DNA of 64,000 bases from Malacoraja senta (taxonomy: Eukaryota): NCBI GenBank assembly GCA_038087875.1, contig CM075978.1, positions 94,488,001 to 94,552,000 of the forward strand, in the 5' to 3' direction. Made by a program: the position numbers and the translations under genes. Every line of letters begins with the position of its first letter. Position 1 is the stretch's first letter. The notes beneath the pieces were generated by a model that worked only from the letters and a program-made list of their open reading frames with translations, searched no databases and was not told where the DNA came from. This document shows positions 1 to 10,752 of the stretch, piece after piece.

Positions 1-271
1 CCGCAAGCACGTGGGACCAGCCGTATTTGAATCATTTGGCCCCCGCGCAGCATCCGTGCGGCGCTCCCGTGGCATAGGCTCGGCGCGCTTGCCATTGCCG
101 TGCGGTCCACTCTACAGGCGAAGCCGCGCTTCACCGCCGATGACCGCAAACATGTAAGACAGAGCCTTGACGAAGACCTCCTACGACCTCGTGTCGACCA
201 TGCTGCGAATATGAGTCGAGGGCAAACTCGCAGGAACTCGCGAATTAGGTCGCCCTAGTGGGACAGGCCCT
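1..271. mobile_element. PIF/Harbinger-type MITE, right part (truncated by window edge)
   Basis: GC-rich; ends GTGGGACAGGCCCT followed by TTA, the same terminus as the complete MITE at 45318-45819; followed by a CR1 tail. Confidence 0.75.
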
Positions 272-356
272 TTAGGAGAGAGAGATAGATTGAATGGCGG
301 AGTATACTTGATGGGCCAAATGGCCCAATTCAGCTCCATTCACGCGAACTTATGAA
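272..356 (+). mobile_element. CR1/HER1 LINE 3' tail fragment
   Basis: TTGAATGGCGGAGTATACTTGATGGGCCAAATGGCC...CTTATGA matches the other CR1 tails in the window. Confidence 0.75.
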
Positions 357-568
357 CCACTCTATGGCATTTTCAGAAGCATTAATACTTGCCCAAGAGG
401 TGTCACGAGGCCCTGATGCGTGAACTGAGATATTAATAAGATAAAAGTTCTATCGTATCGTATCATTATAAAGGTTTTTACTCTAACACTGTATTCTCTT
501 CCTAGATCATTGTAGAGTAAATTTAGTAGAGCAAATTAGAAACCACCTAAAAGTCAATGTTTAAAAAT

Positions 569-1316
569 CACCACCAGGGGGTGCCGCACAATTGGCAGCC
601 CCGCCAACCGTCTGGCTGTTTTTTCATATTTTTTTGTTATTTTTAGTGCGTTTAAAAAGTTTGTGTAAATGTTCTCCATTTTGTTTTATGTGGGGGGAGG
701 GGGAGGGTGTCGGGGGAAACTTTTTTTTGCGGTCTCTTACCTTGCCGGAGATGCGATTGGTTTTCAGGTTGTCTCTCCAGTCGCTCTGCGGCCTAACATC
801 TTGGAGCTGGAGGCCTCCTCGGACTGACTTTGAGCCCCTCCGCGTGGCGTGGACTTACATCGGAGCCGATCCTTTGCCTGGGATCGCCCCAACCGTGGCC
901 TGTGGACTTTACATCGAGAGCTCGCAGTCACGGGAGAGGCCGAGTCGGGAAGCTCCCAGGTCGTGGAAGGTTTGACGAGCCCCGATCGCCCGGTGCGGGG
1001 GAGCTGACATCCCCCCGATGCAGGAGCTGATCACCCAAACGCGGAGGGCCCGCCGGCGGCTACGGGAGTCAAGATCATCCCGTCAACGGAAGGTTCGAGG
1101 CCCCCTACCGCAGGAGAACAAAGAAGGGAAGAGATTGAACTTTTTTTCGCCTTCCATCACAGTGAGGAATGTGGAGGAGTCACTGTGGTGGATGTTTATG
1201 TTAAAATGTATTTTGTGTGTTCCGTTGCTTTTTATTTGTATGACTGAGTTGGCAAATGAAATTCCTCGCATGTTGCAAAACATACCTGGCTAATAAAGTA
1301 TTATTGTATTGTATTG
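569..1316 (+). mobile_element. non-tRNA SINE-like retroposon with GC-rich body, conserved hairpin and AATAAA/(GTATT)n tail
   Basis: GCCTTCCATCACAGTG hairpin box shared with 22540-22790, 24346-24892 and 37325-37722; microsatellite tail. Confidence 0.6.
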
Positions 1317-1380
1317 TTTTAAAGAGAGAGGTAAACCATTGAGGTCATACTCAATGTGTTAAAACAATGGTGTAGAGTAT

Positions 1381-1477
1381 TGAAGAAGGATCTTGACCCG
1401 AAATGTCACCCATTCCTTCTCTCCAGAGATGATGCCGGTACCGTTGAGTTACTCCATCATTTTGTGTCTATCTTCGA
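1381..1477 (+). mobile_element. Penelope-like terminal mini-insertion (degenerate hammerhead core)
   Basis: TGAAGAAGGATCTTGACCCGAAATGTC...TTTGTGTCTATC; TSD TGTAGAGTATTGA at 1371-1383 and 1478-1490. Confidence 0.8.
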
Positions 1478-1965
1478 TGTAGAGTATTGACATGAATTGA
1501 GAGCCAGTAAGAACATTTTGAATCTGGGTGACAGGAAAACAACTGATATCGGATCAGCCATTGTATATCTCCAAAAACTTTTCATTTCTATTCATTTCAA
1601 CAAGGTATTACAAATTGCATTCCCTTCACCAGAACAAATGATCTTATCTTAATGCATGCAAAATTGATTAAAAAGAGAAGAATGTATTACTGAATTATCC
1701 TTAATGTTCCAACATCTTTCTGCACTTAACGGTGCGTCTGATATTATGCTTTGAAGCTGGTCATTAAAGCAGAACTCTCAAGGCTCATTCATAGAACAAT
1801 GTGTGGGTAGATTTTTTGTCTTCACCACCCAGGTCGTGATCTGATGGAACAGATCCTACACCCATTATAGATTAGCAGTGGGCTATGAAGATTAAAATCC
1901 ACACCGTAATTTAATTCGCTACATCACGCTCTGAACAAAAATAAACGCAACCACCACTGGCAAGG

Positions 1966-2555
1966 AATCCAGACCATCACACAAACCAACCTCCCTTCCA
2001 TTGACTCAGTTTGCACCTCACGCTGCCTCCACAAGGCCACCGGCATAATCAAGGAGGAGTCGAACTCTGGCCGCTCCCTCTCTCCCCCTCTCCCATCAGG
2101 CAAGAGGTACTGAAGTGTGAAAACTCACACCTCCAGATTCAGGGACAGTTTCTTCACAGCTGTTATCAGGCAACTGAACCATCCTACCAACAACTAGAGA
2201 GCAGTCCTGAGCATCTGAGGAGAAAAAGAGAATATTTTCAGATGGATGATCATTCATCACAACGAGGCAATGAGTTAGATAGTAGCTCGGGACTGCTCTC
2301 TTACCAACCACTGGACAGCGGTCCTGAGCCACTATCTACCTCATTGGAGACCCTCGGATTATCTTTGATCGGACTTTGCTGGACTTTATCTTGCACCAAA
2401 CATTATTCATGTTATTCCCTTTATCACTGTGGATGGCTTGAGTGTAATCATGTATTGCTGGGTGTCCGCTGACTGGTTAGCATGTGCCAAAAGCTTTTCA
2501 CTGTACCTCAGTACGTGATGATTAACTAAACTCAAACGCAAACTAAACTCAAACT
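1966..2555 (+). mobile_element. Rex-Babar LINE 3' fragment
   Basis: Degenerate QTITQTNLPSID...LPSGKRY...SRFRDSFF C-terminus; (AAACT)n-type tail. Confidence 0.8.
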
Positions 2556-2592
2556 CTTGCATAGTTTTCTTTCTTCTGGAAATGTTATGTTT

Positions 2593-2975
2593 GTACTTTA
2601 AAAAAAATTGAGGTCAGGTAAGGGGGGATGCTAGTTGAAGAGTTGGTATGTCCCATTTACGTAATGCTCATAAAAATATTTGTTTCTCTCTTTTTCCTCT
2701 TTCTCTTTCTCTTTCTTTTCTAGGGTCTATTTCTTAACTCTTTTTCTTTTGTTTTTTAATTTTGCTCTTATAGGGTCTTCGTCCTTTTTTGTTGTCACAT
2801 TTTCTACACTTTCACTTTTTCCTTCACTTTCTTCTTTCTTTCAATCTTTTCTTTTTCTAGTGTAAAAAATAAATGGGGTACATTAATTGTAAGAAGACAT
2901 AAGTGACGAGTACTAATGTATGTGGTTGTAATGTAATGTACTTCTAATAAATTTTTTTTTTAAATTAAAAAAAAA
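2593..2975 (+). mobile_element. L1-type LINE 3' UTR
   Basis: T-rich 3' UTR ending TACTTCTAATAAA plus A tail like 47321-48125; 15-bp TSD GGAAATGTTATGTTT at 2578-2592 and 2976-2990. Confidence 0.8.
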
Positions 2976-3699
2976 GGAAATGTTATGTTTAATGTATGGA
3001 TGATTTTACATGTAATTTGTTTGTATGCGTCTACATGCGTGTTATGCCACTGCACGCAAGATATTTTGTTGTGCCTGTCACACACCGCACTTGTCCATAG
3101 GGCAATAGACTCAACTTGGCTTGGTTTACGATTCAAACCAGCCATGATCTGAATGAACAATGTAAAGAAAATAAATAATTAGGGAATATAAACTGCTCCA
3201 CAAACCAGGGACAGAACTCCGTGATAAAAGTGACTGAAGCCACAGAAAGATGCATCGTACTACCTGGGCACAGAATCCTTTTCTAAAGTTAAATAATCTC
3301 ACAGGAGTCAGGCTGTGGGAATGCAATGAGAAAGGAGATCAATTAAGAGCAAACAACTAACGCTGGCAAAGGAACACCTTCCCCCCCGCTCCATGGTGCA
3401 GGGGAAGGGTAATGTGAATAGAGAAGGGATCTGATTGCATAGGCTGACACTTCACATAAAAGGAAGCATTTCGGCTAAACGATAACCTCAGACTGCATTG
3501 CGGGAGCAGAGAATAGAACAGGACCAGAGATTGTCGACAATCTCCACCCAGCTTTGCACAATTAAAGTGCGTTGACAAAATTAGTACCAAGTAGCTTCAT
3601 TTAGAATGATTCCATGCTGAATAGATTAAAATATAATTCCCTGGTGACAATAAATTGGAAGGATTCCAAATGGAAGCAATGTTATCAAACATATTACTT

Positions 3700-3905
3700 A
3701 GAAAGACCCTCAAACTATCCTTGATTGGACTTTGCTGGCTTTAAACTAAACATTATTCCCTTATCATGTATCTTCTATGCACAGTAAATGGCTCGATTGT
3801 AATCATGGATTGTCTTTCTGCTGACTGGATAGCACGCAACAAAAGCTTTTCACCATTCCTCGGTACACGTGACAATAATAAACTAAACTAAACTAAACTG
3901 AACTA
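3700..3905 (+). mobile_element. Rex-Babar 3' UTR fragment
   Basis: Similar to 2345-2555 and 31575-31780; GTGACAATAATAAACTAAAC tail. Confidence 0.7.
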
Positions 3906-4004
3906 GTGAGGAAGCATTTACACAGGAATGTAAGAACAGGAAGGGCTGTTTAGCTCAAATACCTGTTTGGCTGTTCATTCTGATCATGGCTTGTTTGAAT
4001 CTTA

Positions 4005-4650
4005 AACCAAGCCAAATCGAGTCTATTGTCTTATAGACTAGTACCGTGAGCTACAGGTACAATGACAAATCTTACTTGCTGCAGCATTACAAGCACATAG
4101 ACATATACAAACACACAGAAACAAATTATATGTAAAATCATCCAGAAATTTAACACAACAATTCCAAAAGAACGAAGACTATGCAAAAAAGCAAAACGTC
4201 AGTGGCAAAACATAATTAACACAATAAAGCACGCCATGTTGATTGATGGTCATGGCGTCATGTTGAGCACAGACATTGTGGGCCGAAGGGCCTGTTTTTA
4301 CGCTGTACTGTTCTCTGTTCTATGTGAGTGCAAGAGGTGGACGGTGGTGTTCCGTTGACGAGGTAGGTATAGGGTTGAGCAGGTTAATTTAGAAACTTGC
4401 TAGTTGCAGAGAAGTACGTAACTGATCCTGAATCTGATGGTAGGGCACTGCAGCTTCTGTACCTCCTGCCCAATTTAGCAGTGAGAAGAGGGCATGACCC
4501 GGATGGTGGGGATCCTAGATAGAGGCCACCTTGAGATAGTGCCTCACATAGATGCTTTCCATGGAGAGGAGGGCTGTGCCCGTGATAGACCGTGCTGAGT
4601 CCACACTCTCTGTAGCCTCTTGTGTTGGAATTGCCATACCAGGCCATAGA
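4005..4650 (-). mobile_element. degraded Rex-Babar 3' fragment with an embedded CR1-type tail piece
   Basis: Minus-strand translation includes LGRRYRS; tail piece GTGGGCCGAAGGGCCTGTT near 4278-4322. Confidence 0.55.
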
Positions 4651-4702
4651 TATTTATATACGTATTTTCCTTATATCCCGCAACACCTTTGGTTAAGTAT
4701 AT

Positions 4703-4882
4703 CCAAGTCAGTGGATATTTTTAAGGCAGAGATAGACAAGTTCTTGATTAGAACAGGTGTCAAGGGTTATGGGGAGAAGGCAGGAAAATGGGATTCGGTG
4801 GCAGAGATCAGTCAAGATTGAATGGCGGAGTGGACTCGATGGGCCGGCTGGCCTAATTCTACTCCTATAACTTGTGAACTTG
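4703..4882 (+). mobile_element. CR1/HER1 3' end
   Basis: KSVDIFKAEIDKFLI..GVKGYGEKAGKW followed by the conserved tail. Confidence 0.85.
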
Positions 4883-5341
4883 TTAACAAATGGCCATACG
4901 TCAATGCATCTCAGGTTTAAATTTAACTATTAAGTTTGCAGCATTTGACATTTGTAGCAACTTCATATCTCTACCATCTTATAAATTTATTCATGTTTCC
5001 TAACTTCACTCTGATAAACCAGGCTCATATTTTTAGGCTGAGCTCCCCATCCCTGGACTCGCAGAATGTTACTCGCCGCCACTGAAGCACCCCCTAACGT
5101 GCTGAAAATTTCAGTCAAAGCACTCTTAACTTTCCAAATTCCAAGATATACAACCTTGCTTTGTGCAATTGCTCCTTGCAATTTAATCCTTGGAATCCAG
5201 GTTTCATTAAGGTAACTCTATACTGGACTCTCTCTAAGGCCAATTCATCTTCCTCAGCGAAAGTTCAAATAACTGCTCGCAGTACTCTCAGGATGTTTGC
5301 ATCAGGGCTTGGTTTAACTTCAGCATAATGTCTATCTCACA

Positions 5342-5490
5342 AGTTCAGAAGTTCATAAGCTCTAGGAGCAGAATCAGGCCATTCGACTCATCAAGTCTAC
5401 TCCACCATTCAATCATGGCTGATCTATCTTTCCCTCTCAACCCCATTCTCCTGCCTTCTCCCCATAAATCCTGACACCCGTACTAATCAA
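5342..5490 (-). mobile_element. CR1/HER1 3' end
   Basis: Reverse complement of the GGGAGAAGGCAGGAGAATGGGG...TTGAATGG tail. Confidence 0.8.
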
Positions 5491-6054
5491 ACTCACTCAT
5501 CTACAGACACTTACTTACTCCTTACTCCTCATCTCCAGTCATTTCGAATATAAAGACCTAGTTTAATTTTTTATTAATTTCTAATTTTATTCTAATGATT
5601 TCTGTGCAAAGATCCACAAATTCCTTGCATCTCCACCCTTTCTAGCATTCACCATTTGCAGCATATTATGAACAGAGAAACAAGCCAGAAGTAAGCAATA
5701 TGCCCTTGGAGCCTGATGCACCAAAATCATCAAGACTAATCATCCATGTCAAGACCATATTCCCACTCTTTCCCTTTGATGTCTTTTTTGTCCAGAAATA
5801 TATCTATATTTTGAAGTAGGTATGTTCAGCAAATTGTTTTCAACCACCCTCTACAGCATAGAACTCAAAGACTATGCACTGACTGAGTGGAGAAATGCTT
5901 CCTAATCTCAGTCCTAAAGATCCCAGCCCATGTCCTGAGACTGTTTCCTCTTGGTGCAGAAGCACCACCCAGCATAAACATCTTCACTGCATTGGGCTGT
6001 CAAACCCTCTCACAATTTAGAACGTTTTAATGAGATCGCCTCTCATTCTCCCGA

Positions 6055-6552
6055 ACAAGAGACAAGACTGTTTCATTGTCATATGTCCCAAAATGGAACA
6101 ATTAAACTCTTACTTCCAGCCAGACAACAGATATGTAAACATAGTCTTCAGTAAAACTCATAGTAAACAACAACAACAAAATCAATGCAGGAATGAACTG
6201 CAGATGTTGGTTTAAACCGAAGATAGACACAAAAAGCTGGAGTAACTCAGCAGGTCAGGCAGAAATCTCTGGAGAAAAGGAATAGGTGACACTTTGGGCC
6301 GAGACCCTTCAGTATCTATGTAAAAAAAAACCCAGACAAATAAATAGACAATAACAGTGCAAAAATAATGTCCCAAAGTCTATATAGTTTGGAGCCTATT
6401 TTGAGGTTGCGTTCTTTACTAGCTTGATGGTCGTTGGGCAGAAACTGCTCCTGAACCTGGATCTTATAGTTTTCAGGCTCCTATACCTTCTTCTCGATGG
6501 CAGGAGTGAAATGAAAGCGTGGCCAGGGTGGTGTGGGTCTCTGATGATGCTG
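6055..6552 (-). mobile_element. Rex-Babar 3' fragment interrupted by a Penelope terminal fragment (~6186-6312)
   Basis: Similar to 60340-60690 in reverse; internal GAACTGCAGATG...GAGTAACTCAG block. Confidence 0.7.
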
Positions 6553-6818
6553 ATACATTTTAATCGGACCGCCTCTCATTCGCCCAATACAGGGCTAGAG
6601 AACCCCATGCCCCTTTGAACAATGGTCCTGGATTTCCAGGATCAGTCTGGTGATCCTATATTGCATTGCCTCCATTTACAAGTAGACCACTGTACTTCAG
6701 TACACACAGTACTCCAGGCCTTGGATAATCATCGTTGGACCCTCATGCTCCTGCACTCAGATCTCTTGTACTGGAGGCCTACAAAAAAAAAGCCTTAATT
6801 ACTTGCATCACCAACATG

Positions 6819-7042
6819 GGAGACACAAGGAACTGCAGATTCTGGTTTTACAAACTAAAACAAAGTGCTGGAGTAACTCCACAAGTCAGGCAGCATCTCT
6901 GGAGGACATGGATAGGTGATGTTTTGGGCCGGGACTTTTCATTCCGAAGAAGGGTAACAACCTAAAACGTCACCTATCCATGTTCTCCAGAGATGGTGCA
7001 TGACCCGCTGAGTTGCTCCACCACTTTGTGTCTTTCTTTGTT
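6819..7042. mobile_element. Penelope-like palindromic terminal insertion
   Basis: Inverted arms around CCGAAGAAGGG...AAACGTCA; approximate TSD TCACC(A/T)ACATG. Confidence 0.75.
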
Positions 7043-7390
7043 TCACCTACATGTTTGCTTTCAGTGATTGATCCACAAGGATACCAAGTTCCTTTGTGCT
7101 TCAACATTACGTTATCTAACACCATTTAAATAATAATTTTCCTGTGTTTCCTTCCAAAGCGGTTACGTTTTTATACATCATGCAGCATCTGCTATGCATT
7201 TGCCCACTCGTTCATCCGATATTTGCAATAGTTTTGCCTATTCCCTCACTCTAGTGTTATCTCTTTTTAATTTAATGCTACCGTGTACAAAGAACAAAGG
7301 ATACCTAGTTCTCTATTGTAAATAAAGTGAATAGTTGCAGCCTACTATAAGCTGCAGGACATCATTCATAGTCTTCCACTATACAGATTA

Positions 7391-7710
7391 TTAGTTTAGT
7401 TTAGTTATGCAGCACGGAAACAGGCCCTTCAGTCCACCTGGTCCGCGCCGACCAGCGATCCCCACACACTAACACTGTCCTACTCCCACCAGGGACAATT
7501 TTTACATTTACCAAGCCAATTAACCTACAAAGTTGTACGTCTTTGGAGTGCGGGAGGAAACCACACATACCGGAGATAATCCACGCAGGTCACGGGGAGA
7601 ACGTACAAACTCCGTACAGACAGCACCCGTAGTCAGGATTGAACCCGTGTCTCCGGAGCTGCATTCGCTGTAAGGCAGCAACTCTACTGCTGCGCCACCG
7701 TGACTGCCCT
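7391..7710 (-). mobile_element. HE1-type tRNA-derived V-SINE
   Basis: A box TGGCGCAGCAG and B box GGTTCAATCC on minus strand, V-domain GGTTTCCTCCC.CACTCCAAAGAC, (CTAAA)n tail. Confidence 0.9.
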
Positions 7711-7937
7711 CAACATTAGTTCAACATTTAACCAGAAAGTAACCCTATTTTCTCCATATGTTTATGTTATTAATGAACAGAAGTGCAATTTCACTACTAA
7801 AAATTAATTCGACTTGAAAAGAAATGAAAATCATAAATGTCCTTACATGACATTAGGGCATTAGACAGGAAACCTCAATAACAAATCCTCTGCCATGTAG
7901 GCCCCTCATACCAACTCCAGGTATGTTCAGAGACAGC

Positions 7938-8227
7938 AGTGGCACATTGGCGCAGCAGTAGATTTGCTTCCTTACAGCGCCAGAGACCCGGGTTTGATCC
8001 TGACTACGGGTGCTGTCTGTACGGAGTTTGCACATTCTCCCTGTGACCTGCGTGAGTTTTCTCCGGTTTCCTCACACACTCCAAAGACGTCCAGGTTTGT
8101 AGATTAATTGGCTTCTGTAAATTGTCAACTCGTGTGTAGGATAGTGTTAGTGTGTGGGAATCGCTGGTCAGCGTGGACTCGGTGGGCCGAAGGGGCTGTT
8201 TCCGCGCTGTATGTCTAAAATCTAAAA
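7938..8227 (+). mobile_element. HE1-type V-SINE
   Basis: TGGCGCAGCAG, GGTTTGATCC, CACTCCAAAGAC, GGGCCGAAGGGGCTGTTTCC tail. Confidence 0.9.
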
Positions 8228-8707
8228 GTGCAAGCAAATGGGGTTCGTTGGAGATGGGGAAAATGGGCAGCATGGATGTGATGGGCCAAAGGGCCTGTTT
8301 ATGTGCTGCTTTATGGCCTAATTGTCCTAACATTGGATAACATTGGATAAATGTTGAATCTAATACCTGAAAAGGTGATAGAAGCCTGTTCCATGAATAA
8401 TTTGAAAAGAGAGTTGTAAAGGCACTTATGTTTGAGGAGTTTGAAGAAGGGTATCGACCCGAAATGTTGGGGATCGAACCCGGGTCTCCTGCGCTGCAAG
8501 CGCTGTAAGGCAGCAACTCTACCGCTGCACCACCTTGCCACACAGACTTGGCAGACGTGAATATGCCAAAGCCACTTATTTGAAAGCTCTGCTCTATGTC
8601 CGGTCTAATCGATAATTATGGCGGGGAATGCCATTTTCTTGTGAGAGTGGATGTGGTCCTCACACAAAGGCGGAGGATGTGCAGTGGTGTGTCTGTCCGC
8701 TAAATAG

Positions 8708-9470
8708 AGTCTTAGAATCATAGAAGTGATACAGAGTGGAAACAGGCCCTTCAGCCCAACTTGTCCACACCGGTCAACATGTGCCACTTACACAAGTCCC
8801 ACCTGCCCAGGTTTGGCCCATATTCCTACAAACCCATTCTATCCATGTTGTACCTGTCTAACTTTTTCTTAAATGTTGGGATAGTCCCTGCCTCAACTAC
8901 CTCCTTTGGCAGCTTGTTCCCTGTGTGAAAAAGATTACCCCTCAGATCCCTATTAAATCTTTTCCCCTTCACCTTAAAATAGTCCTCTGGTCCTCAATTC
9001 ACCCACTCTGGGCAAGAGACTGTGCATCTACCCTTCATCCTCCTACGCTCCAAGGAATAGAGTCCCAGCCTACTCAACCTCTCTCTATAGATCAGACCCT
9101 CTAGTCCTAGCAACATCCTCATAAATCTCTGTACCTCTCTAGCTTGACAATATCTTTCCTACATCATGGTGCCCAGAACCGAACACAATATTCTAAATGC
9201 AGCCTTACCAACATCTTATACAACTGCAACATAACCACCCAACTTCTATCTGAGTCTGAAGAAGGGTCCCGACCCGAAACATCACCATTCCTTCTCTCCA
9301 GAGATGCTTTTTGTGTCTATCTCCCAACCTCTATACTCAATACTCTGACTGATGAAGGCCAATGTGCCAAAAGTATTTTTGACCTGCGACTACACCTTCA
9401 AGGAACCATGCACCTGCACTCTTAGATCCCTCTGCTCTACAACACTCCCCAGACCCCTACCTTTCACTGT
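8708..9470 (-). mobile_element. CR1/HER1 3' fragment interrupted by a Penelope mini-insertion (~9250-9319)
   Basis: CR1 tail at 8708-8830 and degraded ORF2 C-terminus; insertion flanked by imperfect ~14-bp duplication C(A/T)CCCAAC(T/C)TCTAT. Confidence 0.75.
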
Positions 9471-9788
9471 GTTAAAGGTTGCAGTTCCTTGTCTGTAGGT
9501 CATAGACCACAGATCATTTCAAAGTATCTAAGGGCTCTAGCATGCAGTGAGCCGTATCTCCTTGACAGGTAATGCCTCAGTGTTTTATGAGTAAATGAGA
9601 TGGCCAAAGATGCTGACCAAGAACCCAACCCTGGGCTATTGCAGACTGCCTACCAGAGCAAGGAAGATTGTAAGTGGGAAGCACTCATTTAGCCTCCTGG
9701 CCGGGCATGCCTGGGTTACCAACGTCCCCACAGTTGTGCAGTCAGCAGGCCTTCTGTGAGCGGCGTGCTGCACAAAACCTTCTGCGGC

Positions 9789-10099
9789 TGGGTGGCGCAG
9801 TGGTAGAGTTGCTGCCTTACACCGCCAGAGACCCAGGTTCGATCCTGACTACGGGTGCTTGCTTGTCTGTACGGAGTTTGTACGTTCTCCCCGTGACCTG
9901 CATGGGTTTTCCCCAAGATCTTTGGTTTCCTCCCACACTCCAAAGGCGTACAGGTTTGTAGGTTAATTGACATAGTATAAATGTAAATTGTCCAGAGTGT
10001 GTGTAGGATAGTGTTGGCGTGCAGGGATCGCTGGTCGGTGCAGACTCGGTCGGCCGAAGGGCCTGTTTCAGCACTGTATCTACAAAACTAAAACTAAAC
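9789..10099 (+). mobile_element. HE1-type V-SINE
   Basis: GGTGGCGCAGTGG, GGTTCGATCC, V-domain, LINE-type tail. Confidence 0.9.
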
Positions 10100-10472
10100 A
10101 TCTAAGAATGGAACCGTACAGTTGGCTTGGCAGAGCTCCCCTCTCATCTTTCTAAATTCCAGTGAGTAAAAGCCCAGTTGACCCATTCTTTCATCATATG
10201 TCAATTGTAAGGTCTAAGGCCTGACAGGGGGATGGTGGGGTGTCTTTTGATCCCTGGCGACCAAACTAGACAATCTCCCACGGGCGCAATAAATCCCAAT
10301 TGAGGGTGACAGTGCCGGATGACCTTTGTAGGTCAGATACTGTTACTATTCAAATTGCCACCCATCCATTTATTTTTAAATGAGCATCTTTGGCTAGAAT
10401 CCTTGACTGTGGTAATTCTCCAGCACGTTGCCACTCAATACAGTACCCACATGCAAGCAATCCAGATGCAGC

Positions 10473-10563
10473 GAAGAAGGGTTTCGGCCCGAAACGTTAC
10501 CTATTTCCTTCGCTCCATAGATGCTGCTGCACCCGCTGAGTTTCTCCAGCATTTTTGTGTACC
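10473..10563 (+). mobile_element. Penelope-like mini-insertion
   Basis: GAAGAAGGGTTTCGGCCCGAAACGTT...TTTTGTGTACC; TSD TGCAGC on both sides. Confidence 0.8.
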
Positions 10564-10752
10564 TGCAGCTAATTACATTTCCTGATTAGCAACTCAAATA
10601 TGAATGGTCGACCTCATTGTTGGATGCTCAGTCCGCCTGGACCTACCTGATCTCCCGGTTGCCAAACACTTTAATTCCCCTTTCCTTTTCCCTTTCCACT
10701 CACCTTTTCTGTCCTGGGCCTCCTCCACTGTCAGAGCGATGCCAAATGCAAA

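Noticed and set aside
1-1130. CpG-island-like promoter
   Set aside because: CpG richness is confined to a MITE and a SINE-like element
9789-9860. tRNA-like A and B boxes here and in other copies
   Set aside because: They are SINE heads continuing into the V-domain and LINE tail, not tRNA genes
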